64,000 nt of DNA from the human T2T-CHM13v2.0 reference genome, Homo sapiens, in the NCBI RefSeq assembly GCF_009914755.1, contig NC_060942.1. One strand, given 5' to 3'. How positions within the stretch are numbered: position 1 is the stretch's first letter; each line of letters begins with the position of its first letter. The translations under genes were made by a program, and so were the position numbers. Under the pieces are notes generated by a model, which saw only the letters and a program-made list of their open reading frames with translations, did not search any database and was not told the origin of the DNA. Of this stretch, positions 25,685 through 37,600 are shown piece by piece.

Positions 25685-28600
25685 CATTCTCAGAAACTTG
25701 TTTGTGATGTGTGCCCTCTACTGACAGAGTTGAACCTTTCTTTTCATAGAGCAGTTTTGAAACACTCTTTTTGTAGAATCTGCAAGAGGATATTTGCATA
25801 GCTTTGAGGATTTCGTGGGAAACGGGATTGTCTTCAGGTAAAATCTAGACAGAAGCATTCTCAGAAACTTCTTTGGGATGTTTGCATTCAAGTCACAGAG
25901 TAGAACATTCCCTTTGGTAGAGCAGGTTTGAAACCCTCTTTTTGTAGTATCTGGAAGTGGACATTTGGAGCGCTTTCAGGCCCATGTTGGAAAGGGAAAT
26001 ATCTTCCCGTAACAACTAGGCAGAAGCATTCTCAGAAACTTATTTGAGATGTGTGTACTCAACTAAGAGAATTGAACCACCGTTTTGAAGGAGCAGTTTT
26101 GAAACACTCTTTTTCTGGAATCTGCAAGAGTATATTTGCCTAGCCTTGAGGATTTCGTTGGAAACGGGATTGTCTTCAGATAAAATCTAGACAGAAGCAT
26201 TCTCAGAAACTTCTTTGGGATGTTTGCATTCAAGTCACAGAGTAGAACATTCCCTTTGGTAGAGCAGGTTTGAAACACTCTTTTTTTAGTATATGGAAGT
26301 GGACATTTGGAGCGCTTTCAGGCCTACGTTGGAAAAGGAAATATCTTCCCATAACAACTAGACAGAAGCATTCTCAGAAACTAGTTTCTGATGTGTGTCC
26401 TCAACTAACACAGTTGAACTTTTCTTTAGACAGAACAGTTTTGAAACACTCTTTTTGTGGAATCTGCAAGTGGATATTTGGCTAGATTTGAGGATTTCGT
26501 TGGAAACGGGATTACATATAAAAAGCAGACAGCAGCATTCTCAGAAAGTTCTTTGTGATGATTGCATTCAAGTCACAGAATTGAACATTCCCTTTCACAG
26601 AGCAGGTTTGAAACACTCTTTTTGTAGTGTGTGTAAGTGGACATTTGGAGCGCTTTCCGGCCTAAGGTGGAAAAGGAAATATCTTCCCATAAAAACTAGA
26701 CAGAAGCATTCTCAGAAACTTACTCGTGATGTGTGTCCTCAACTAAAGGAGTAGAACCTTTCTATTCATAGAGAAGTTTTGAAACGCTCTTTTTGTGGAA
26801 TCTGCAAGTGGATATTTGGCTAGTTTTGAGGATTTCGTTGGAAGCGGGAATTCATACAAATTGCAGACTGCAGCGTTCTGAGAAACATCTTTGTGATGTT
26901 TGTATTCAGGACACAGAGATGAACATTCCCTATCATAGAGCAGGTTGGAATCACTCCTTTTGTAGTATCTGGAAGTGGACATTTGGAGCGCTTTCAGGCC
27001 TATGTTGAAAAAGGAAATATCTTCCCATAACAACTAGACACAAGCATTCTCAGAAACTTGTTTGTGATGTGTGCCCTCTACTGACAGAGTTGAACCTTTC
27101 TTTTCATAGAGCAGTTTTGAAACACTCTTTTTGTAGAATCTGCAAGAGGATATTTGCATAGCTTTGAGGATTTCGTGGGAAACGGGATTGTCTTCAGGTA
27201 AAATCTAGACAGAAGCATTCTCAGAAACTTCTTTGGGATGTTTGCATTCAAGTCACAGAGTAGAACATTCCCTTTGGTAGAGCAGGTTTGAAACCCTCTT
27301 TTTGTAGTATCTGGAAGTGGACATTTGGAGCGCTTTCAGGCCCATGTTGGAAAGGGAAATATCTTCCCGTAACAACTAGGCAGAAGCATTCTCAGAAACT
27401 TATTTGAGATGTGTGTACTCAACTAAGAGAATTGAACCACCGTTTTGAAGGAGCAGTTTTGAAACACTCTTTTTCTGGAATCTGCAAGAGGATATTTGCC
27501 TAGCCTTGAGGATTTCGTTGGAAACGGGATTGTCTTCAGATCAAATCTAGACAGAAGCATTCTCAGAAACTTCTTTGGGATGTTTGCATTCAAGTCACAG
27601 AGTAGAACATTACCTTTGGTAGAGCAGGTTTGAAACACTCTTTTTTTAGTATATGGAAGTGGACATTTGGAGCGCTTTCAGGCCTACGTTGGAAAAGGAA
27701 ATATCTTCCCATAACAACTAGACAGAAGCATTCTCAGAAACTAGTTTCTGATGTGTGTCCTCAACTAACACAGTTGAACTTTTCTTTAGACAGAACAGTT
27801 TTGAAACACTCTTTTTGTGGAATCTGCAAGTGGATATTTGGCTAGATTTGAGGATTTCGTTGGAAACGGGATTACATATAAAAAGCAGACAGCAGCATTC
27901 TCACAAAGTTTTTTGTGATGATTGCATTCAAGTCACAGAATTGAACATTCCCTTTCACAGAGCAGGTTTGAAACACTCTTTTTGTAGTGTGTGTAAGTGG
28001 ACATTTGGAGCGCTTTCCGGCCTAAGGTGGAAAAGGAAATATCTTCCCATAAAAACTAGACAGAAGCATTCTCAGAAACTTACTCGTGATGTGTGTCCTC
28101 AACTAAAGGAGTAGAACCTTTCTATTCATAGAGAAGTTTTGAAACGCTCTTTTTGTGGAATCTCCAAGTGGATATTTGGCTAGTGTTGAGGATTTCGTTG
28201 GAAGCGGGAATTCATACAAATTGCAGACTGCAGCGTTCTGAGAAACATCTTTGTGATGTTTGTATTCAGGACACAGAGATGAACATTCCCTATCATAGAG
28301 CAGGTTGGAATCACTCCTTTTGTAGTATCTGGAAGTGGACATTTGGAGCGCTTTCAGGCCTATGTTGAAAAAGGAAATATCTTCCCATAACAACTAGACA
28401 CAAGCATTCTCAGAAACTTGTTTGTGATGTGTGCCCTCTACTGACAGAGTTGAACCTTTCTTTTCATAGAGCAGTTTTGAAACACTCTTTTTGTAGAATC
28501 TGCAAGAGGATATTTGCATAGCTTTGAGGATTTCGTGGGAAACGGGATTGTCTTCAGGTAAAATCTAGACAGAAGCATTCTCAGAAACTTCTTTGGGATG

Positions 28601-31600
28601 TTTGCATTCAAGTCACAGAGTAGAACATTCCCTTTGGTAGAGCAGGTTTGAAACCCTCTTTTTGTAGTATCTGGAAGTGGACATTTGGAGCGCTTTCAGG
28701 CCCATGTTGGAAAGGGAAATATCTTCCCGTAACAACTAGGCAGAAGCATTCTCAGAAACTTATTTGAGATGTGTGTACTCAACTAAGAGAATTGAACCAC
28801 CGTTTTGAAGGAGCAGTTTTGAAACACTCTTTTTCTGGAATCTGCAAGAGGATATTTGCCTAGCCTTGAGGATTTCGTTGGAAACGGGATTGTCTTCAGA
28901 TCAAATCTAGACAGAAGCATTCTCAGAAACTTCTTTGGGATGTTTGCATTCAAGTCACAGAGTAGAACATTACCTTTGGTAGAGCAGGTTTGAAACACTC
29001 TTTTTTTAGTATATGGAAGTGGACATTTGGAGCGCTTTCAGGCCTACGTTGGAAAAGGAAATATCTTCCCATAACAACTAGACAGAAGCATTCTCAGAAA
29101 CTAGTTTCTGATGTGTGTCCTCAACTAACACAGTTGAACTTTTCTTTAGACAGAACAGTTTTGAAACACTCTTTTTGTGGAATCTGCAAGTGGATATTTG
29201 GCTAGATTTGAGGATTTCGTTGGAAACGGGATTACATATAAAAAGCAGACAGCAGCATTCTCACAAAGTTCTTTGTGATGATTGCATTCAAGTCACAGAA
29301 TTGAACATTCCCTTTCACAGAGCAGGTTTGAAACACTCTTTTTGTAGTGTGTGTAAGTGGACATTTGGAGCGCTTTCCGGCCTAAGGAGAAAAAGGAAAT
29401 ATCTTCCCATAAAAACTAGACAGAAGCATTCTCAGAAACTTACTCGTGATGTGTGTCCTCAACTAAAGGAGTAGAACCTTTCTATTCGTAGAGAAGTTTT
29501 GAAATGCTCTTTTTGTGGAATCTCCAAGTGGATATTTGGCTAGTTTTGAGGATTTCGTTGGAAGCGGGAATTCATACAAATTGCAGACTGCAGCGTTCTG
29601 AGAAACATCTTTGTGATGTTTGTATTCAGGACACAGAGAGGAACATTCCCTATCATAGAGCAGGTTGGAATCACTCCTTTTGTAGTATCTGGAAGTGGAC
29701 ATTTGGAGCGCTTTCAGGCCTATGTTGAAAAAGGAAATATCTTCCCATAACAACTAGACACAAGCATTCTCAGAAACTTGTTTGTGATGTGTGCCCTCTA
29801 CTGACAGAGTTGAACCTTTCTTTTCATAGAGCAGTTTTGAAACACTCTTTTTGTAGAATCTGCAGGAGGATATTTGCATAGCTTTGAGGATTTCGTGGGA
29901 AACGGGATTGTCTTCAGGTAAAATCTAGACAGAAGCATTCTCAGAAACTTCTTTGGGATGTTTACATTCAAGTCACAGAGTAGAACATTCCCTTTGGTAG
30001 AGCAGGTTTGAAACCCTCTTTTTGTAGTATCTGGAAGTGGACATTTGGAGCGCTTTCTGGCCCATGTTGCAAAGGGAAATATCTTCCCGTAACAACTAGG
30101 CAGAAGCATTCTCAGAAACTTATTTGAGATGTGTGTACTCAACTAAGAGAATTGAACCACCGTTTTGAAGGAGCAGTTTTGAAACACTCTTTTTCTGGAA
30201 TCTGCAAGAGGATATTTGCCTAGCCTTGAGGATTTCGTTGGAAACGGGATTGTCTTCAGATCAAATCTAGACAGAAGCATTCTCAGAAACTTCTTTGGGA
30301 TGTTTGCATTCAAGTCACAGAATAGAACATTCCCTTTGGTAGAGCAGGTTTGAAACACTCTTTTTTTAGTATATGGAAGTGGACATTTGGAGCACTTTCA
30401 GGCCTACGTTGGAAAAGGAAATATCTTCCCATAACAACTAGACAGAAGCATTCTCAGAAACTAGTTTCTGATGTGTGTCCTCAACTAACACAGTTGAACT
30501 TTTCTTTAGACAGAACAGTTTTGAAACACTCTTTTTGTGGAATCTGCAAGTGGCTATTTGGCTAGATTTGAGGATTTCGTTGGAAACGGGATTACATATA
30601 AAAAGCAGACAGCAGCATTCTCAGAAAGTTCTTTGTGATGACTGCATTCAAGTCACAGAATTGAACATTCCCTTTCACAGAGCAGGTTTGAAACACTCTT
30701 TTTGTAGTGTGTGTAAGTGGACATTTGGAGCGCTTTCCGACCTAAGGTGAAAAAGGAAATATCTTCCCATAAAAACTAGACAGAAGCATTCTCAGAAACT
30801 TACTCGTGATGTGTGTCCTCAACTAAAGGAGTAGAACCTTTCTATTCATAGAGAAGTTTTGAAACGCTCTTTTTGTGGAATCTGCAAGTGGATATTTGGC
30901 TAGTTTTGAGGATTTCGTTGGAAGCGGGAATTCATACAAATTGCAGACTGCAGCGTTATGAGAAACATCTTTGTGATGTTTGTATTCAGGACACAGAGAT
31001 GAACATTCCCTATCATAGAGCAGGTTGGAATCACTCCTTTTGTAGTATCTGGAAGTGGACATTTGGAGCGCTTTCAGGCCTATGTTGCAAAAGGAAATAT
31101 CTTCCCATAACAACTAGACACAAGCATTCTCAGAAACTTGTTTGTGATGTGTACCCTGTACTGACAGAGTTGAACCTTTCTTTTCATAGAGCAGTTTTGA
31201 AACACTCTTTTTGTAGAATCTGCAAGAGGATATTTGCATAGCTTTGAGGATTTCGTGGGAAACGGGATTGTCTTCAGGTAAAATCTAGACAGAAGCATTC
31301 TCAGAAACTTCTTTGGGATGTTTGCATTCAAGTCACAGAGTAGAACATTCCCTTTGGTAGAGCAGGTTTGAAACACTCTTTTTGTAGTATCTGGAAGTGG
31401 ACATTTGGAGCGCTTTCAGGCCCATGTTGGAAAGGGAAATATCTTCCCGTATCAACTAGGCAGAAGCATTCTCTGAAACTTATTTGAGATGTGTGTACTC
31501 AACTAAGAGAATTGAACCACCGTTTTGAAGGAGCAGTTTTGAAACACTCTTTTTCTGGAATCTGCTAGAGGATATTTGCCTAGCTTTGAGGATTTCGTTG

Positions 31601-34600
31601 GAAACCGGATTGTCTTTATTTAAAATCTAGACAGAAGCATTCTCAGAAACTTCTTTGGGACGTTTGTATTCAAGTCACAGAGTAGAACATTCCCTTTGGT
31701 AGAGCAGGTTTGAAACACTCTTTTTTTAGTATATGGAAATGGACATTTGGAGCGCTTTCAGGCCTACGTTGGAAAAGGAAATATCTTCCCATAACAACTA
31801 GACAGAAGCATTCTCAGAAACTAGTTTCTGATGTGTGTCCTCAACTAACACAGTTGAACTTTTCTTTAGACAGAACAGTTTTGAAACACTCTTTTTGTGG
31901 AATCTGCAAGTGGATATTTGGCTAGATTTGAGGATTTCGTTGGAAACGGGATTACATATAAAAAGCAGACAGCAGCATTCTCAGAAAGTTCTTTGTGATG
32001 ATTGCATTCAAGTCACAGAATTGAACATTCCCTTTCACAGAGCAGGTTTGAAACACTCTTTTTGTAGTGTGTGTAAGTGGACATTTGGAGCACTTTCCGG
32101 CCTAAGGTGAAAAAGGAAATATCTTCCCATAAAAACTAGACAGAAGCATTCTCAGAAACTTACTCGTGATGTGTGTCCTCAACTAAAGGAGTAGAACCTT
32201 TCTATTCATAGAGAAGGTTTGAAACGCTCTTTTTGTGGAATCTCCAAGTGGATATTTGGCTAGTTTTGAGGATTTCGTTGGATGCGGGAATTCATACAAA
32301 TTGCAGACTGCAGCGTTCTGAGAAACATCTTTGTGATGTTTGTATTCAGGACACAGAGATGAACATTCCCTATCATAGAGCAGGTTGGAATCACTCCTTT
32401 TGTAGTATCTGGAAGTGGACATTTGGAGCGCTTTCAGGCCTGTGTTGAAAAAGGAAATATCTTCCCATAACAACTAGACACAAGCATTCTCAGAAACTTG
32501 TTTGTGATGTGTGCCCTCTGCTGACAGAGTTGAACCTTTCTTTTCATAGAGCAGTTTTGAAACACTCTTTTTGTAGAATCTGCAAGAGGATATTTGCATA
32601 GCTTTGAGGATTTCGTGGGAAACGGGATTGTGTTCAGGTAAAATCTAGACAGAAGCATTCTCAGAAACTTCTTTGGGATGTTTGCATTCAAGTCACAGAG
32701 TAGAACATTCCCTTTGGTAGAGCAGGTTTGAAACCCTCTTTTTGTAGTATCTGGAAGTGGACATTTGGAGCGCTGTCAGGCCCATGTTGGAAAGGGAAAT
32801 ATCTTCCCGTAACAACTAGGTAGAAGCATTCTCAGAAACTTATTTGAGATGTGTGTACTCAACTAAGAGAATTGAACCACCGTTTTGAAGGAGCAGTTTT
32901 GAAACACTCTTTTTCTGGAATCTGCAAGAGTATATTTGCCTAGCCTTGAAGATTTCGTTGGAAACGGGATTGTCTTCAGATAAAATCTAGACAGAAGCAT
33001 TCTCAGAAACTTCTTTGGGATGTTTGCATTCAAGTCACAGAGTAGAACATTCCCTTTGGTAGAGCAGGTTTGAAACACTCTTTTTTTAGTATATGGAAGT
33101 GGACATTTGGAGCGCTTTCAGGCCTACGTTGGAAAAGGAAATATCTTCCCATAACAACTAGACAGAAGCATTCTCAGAAACTAGTTTCTGATGTGTGTCC
33201 TCAACTAACACAGTTGAACTTTTCTTTAGACAGAACAGTTTTGAAACACTCTTTTTGTGGAATCTGCAAGTGGATATTTGGCTAGATTTGAGGATTTCGT
33301 TGGAAACGGGATTACATATAAAAAGCAGACAGCAGCATTCTCAGAAAGTTCTTTGTGATGATTGCATTCAAGTCACAGAATTGAACATTCCCTTTCACAG
33401 AGCAGGGTTGAAACCCTCTTTTTGTAGTGTGTGTAAGTGGACATTTGGAGCGCTTTCCGGCCTAAGGTGAAAAAGGAAATATCTTCCCATAAAAACTAGA
33501 CAGAAGCATTCTCAGAAACTTACTCGTGATGTGTGTCCTCAACTAAAGGAGTAGAACCTTTCTATTCATAGAGAAGTTTTCAAACGCTCTTTTTGTGGAA
33601 TCTCCAAGTGGATATTTGGCTAGTTTTGAGGATTTCGTTGGAAGCAGGAATTCATACAAATTGCAGACTGCAGCGTTATGAGAAACATCTTTGTGATGTT
33701 TGTATTCAGGACACAGAGATGAACATTCCCTATCATAGAGCAGGTTGGAATCACTCCTTTTGTAGTATCTGGAAGTGGACATTTGGAGCGCTTTCAGGCC
33801 CATGTTGGAAAGGGAAATATCTTCCCGTATCAACTAGGCAGAAGCATTCTCTGAAACTTATTTGAGATGTGTGTACTCAACTAAGAGAATTGAACCACCG
33901 TTTTGAAGGAGCAGTTTTGAAACACTCTTTTTCTGGAATCTGCTAGAGGATATTTGCCTAGCTTTGAGGATTTCGTTGGAAACCGGATTGTCTTTAGATA
34001 AAATCTAGACAGAAGCATTCTCAGAAACTTCTTTGGGACGTTTGTATTCAAGTCACAGAGTAGAACATTCCCTTTGGTAGAGCAGGTTTGAAACACTCTT
34101 TTTTTAGTATATGGAAATGGACATTTGGAGCGCTTTCAGGCCTACGTTGGAAAAGGAAATATCTTCCCATAACAACTAGACAGAAGCATTCTCAGAAACT
34201 AGTTTCTGATGTGTGTCCTCAACTAACACAGTTGAACTTTTCTTTAGACAGAACAGTTTTGAAACACTCTTTTTGTGGAATCTGCAAGTGGATATTTGGC
34301 TAGATTTGAGGATTTCGTTGGAAACGGGATTACATATAAAAAGCAGACAGCAGCATTCTCAGAAAGTTCTTTGTGATGATTGCATTCAAGTCACAGAATT
34401 GAACATTCCCTTTCACAGAGCAGGTTTGAAACACTCTTTTTGTAGTGTGTGTAAGTGGACATTTGGAGCACTTTCCGGCCTAAGGTGAAAAAGGAAATAT
34501 CTTCCCATAAAAACTAGACAGAAGCATTCTCAGAAACTTACTCGTGATGTGTGTCCTCAACTAAAGGAGTAGAACCTTTCTATTCATAGAGAAGGTTTGA

Positions 34601-37600
34601 AACGCTCTTTTTGTGGAATCTCCAAGTGGATATTTGGCTAGTTTTGAGGATTTCGTTGGATGCGGGAATTCATACAAATTGCAGACTGCAGCGTTCTGAG
34701 AAACATCTTTGTGATGTTTGTATTCAGGACACAGAGATGAACATTCCCTATCATAGAGCAGGTTGGAATCACTCCTTTTGTAGTATCTGGAAGTGGACAT
34801 TTGGAGCGCTTTCAGGCCTGTGTTGAAAAAGGAAATATCTTCCCATAACAACTAGACACAAGCATTCTCAGAAACTTGTTTGTGATGTGTGCCCTCTGCT
34901 GACAGAGTTGAACCTTTCTTTTCATAGAGCAGTTTTGAAACACTCTTTTTGTAGAATCTGCAAGAGGATATTTGCATAGCTTTGAGGATTTCGTGGGAAA
35001 CGGGATTGTGTTCAGGTAAAATCTAGACAGAAGCATTCTCAGAAACTTCTTTGGGATGTTTGCATTCAAGTCACAGAGTAGAACATTCCCTTTGGTAGAG
35101 CAGGTTTGAAACCCTCTTTTTGTAGTATCTGGAAGTGGACATTTGGAGCGCTGTCAGGCCCATGTTGGAAAGGGAAATATCTTCCCGTAACAACTAGGTA
35201 GAAGCATTCTCAGAAACTTATTTGAGATGTGTGTACTCAACTAAGAGAATTGAACCACCGTTTTGAAGGAGCAGTTTTGAAACACTCTTTTTCTGGAATC
35301 TGCAAGAGTATATTTGCCTAGCCTTGAAGATTTCGTTGGAAACGGGATTGTCTTCAGATAAAATCTAGACAGAAGCATTCTCAGAAACTTCTTTGGGATG
35401 TTTGCATTCAAGTCACAGAGTAGAACATTCCCTTTGGTAGAGCAGGTTTGAAACACTCTTTTTTTAGTATATGGAAGTGGACATTTGGAGCGCTTTCAGG
35501 CCTACGTTGGAAAAGGAAATATCTTCCCATAACAACTAGACAGAAGCATTCTCAGAAACTAGTTTCTGATGTGTGTCCTCAACTAACACAGTTGAACTTT
35601 TCTTTAGACAGAACAGTTTTGAAACACTCTTTTTGTGGAATCTGCAAGTGGATATTTGGCTAGATTTGAGGATTTCGTTGGAAACGGTATTACATATAAA
35701 AAGCAGACAGCAGCATTCTCAGAAAGTTCTTTGTGATGATTGCATTCAAGTCACAGAATTGAACATTCCCTTTCACAGAGCAGGGTTGAAACCCTCTTTT
35801 TGTAGTGTGTGTAAGTGGACATTTGGAGCGCTTTCCGGCCTAAGGTGAAAAAGGAAATATCTTCCCATAAAAACTAGACAGAAGCATTCTCAGAAACTTA
35901 CTCGTGATGTGTGTCCTCAACTAAAGGAGTAGAACCTTTCTATTCATAGAGAAGTTTTCAAACGCTCTTTTTGTGGAATCTCCAAGTGGATATTTGGCTA
36001 GTTTTGAGGATTTCGTTGGAAGCAGGAATTCATACAAATTGCAGACTGCAGCGTTATGAGAAACATCTTTGTGATGTTTGTATTCAGGACACAGAGATGA
36101 ACATTCCCTATCATAGAGCAGGTTGGAATCACTCCTTTTGTAGTATCTGGAAGTGGACATTTGGAGCGCTTTCAGGCCTATGTTGAAAAAGGAAATATCT
36201 TCCCATAACAACTAGACACAAGCATTCTCAGAAACTTGTTTGTGATGTGTGCCCTCTACTGACAGAGTTGAACCTTTCTTTTCATAGAGCAGTTTTGAAA
36301 CACTCTTTTTGTAGAATCTGCAAGAGGATATTTGCATAGCTTTGAGGATTTCGTGGGAAACGGGATTGTCTTCAGGTAAAATCTAGACAGAAGCATTCTC
36401 AGAAACTTCTTTGGGATGTTTGCATTCAAGTCACAGAGTAGAACATTCCCTTTGGTAGAGCAGGTTTGAAACCCTCTTTTTGTAGTATCTGGAAGTGGAC
36501 ATTTGGAGCGCTGTCAGGCCCATGTTGGAAAGGGAAATATCTTCCCGTAACAACTAGGCAGAAGCATTCTCAGAAACTTATTTGAGATGTGTGTACTCAA
36601 CTAAGAGAATTGAACCACCGTTTTGAAGGAGCAGTTTTGAAACACTCTTTTTCTGGAATCTGCAAGAGTATATTTGCCTAGCCTTGAGGATTTCGTTGGA
36701 AACGGGATTGTCTTCAGATAAAATGTAGACAGAAGCATTCTCAGAAACTTCTTTGGGATGTTTGCATTGAAGTCACAGAGTAGAACATTCCCTTTGGTAG
36801 AGCAGGTTTGAAACACTCTTTTTTTATTATATGGAAGTGGACATTTGGAGCGCTTTCAGGCCTACGTTGGAAAAGGAAATATTTTCCCATTACAACTAGA
36901 CAGAAGCATTCTCAGAAACTAGTTTCTGATGTGTGTCCTCAACTAACACAGTTGAACTTTTCTTTAGACAGAACAGTTTGGAAACACTCTTTTTGTGGAA
37001 TCTGCAAGTGGATATTTGGCTAGATTTGAGGATTTCGTTGGAAACGGGATTACATATAAAAAGCAGACTGCAGCATTCTCAGAAAGTTCTTTGTGATGAT
37101 TGCATTCAAGTCACAGAATTGAACATTCGCTTTCACAGAGCAGGTTTGAAACACTCTTTTTGTAGTGTGTGTAAGTGGACATTTGGAGCGCTTTCCGGCC
37201 TAAGGTGAAAAAGGAAATATCTTCCCATAAAAACTAGACAGAAGCATTCTCAGAAACTTACTCGTGATGTGTGTCCTCAACTAAAGGAGTAGAACCTTTC
37301 TATTCATAGAGAAGTTTTGAAACGCTCATTTTGTGGAATCTCCAAGTGGATATTTGGCTAGTTTTGAGGATTTCGTTGGAAGCGGGAATTCATACAAATT
37401 GCAGACTGCAGCGTTCTGAGAAACATCTTTGTGATGTTTGTATTCAGGACACAGAGATGAACATTCCCTATCATAGAGCAGGTTGGAATCACTCCTTTTG
37501 TAGTATCTGGAAGTGGACATTTGGAGCGCTTTCAGGCCTATGTTGAAAAAGGAAATATGTTCCCATAACAACTAGACACAAGCATTCTCAGAAACTTGTT

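Noticed and set aside
32273-32289. CENP-B box variants 'ggatgcggg', 'ggaatcggg' (~56047), 'ttcggtgg' (~58936), 'ttcgtggg' and 'ttcgctgg' as inactive boxes
   Set aside because: The changes fall at non-essential positions, and the TTCGnnnnAnnCGGG core is intact.
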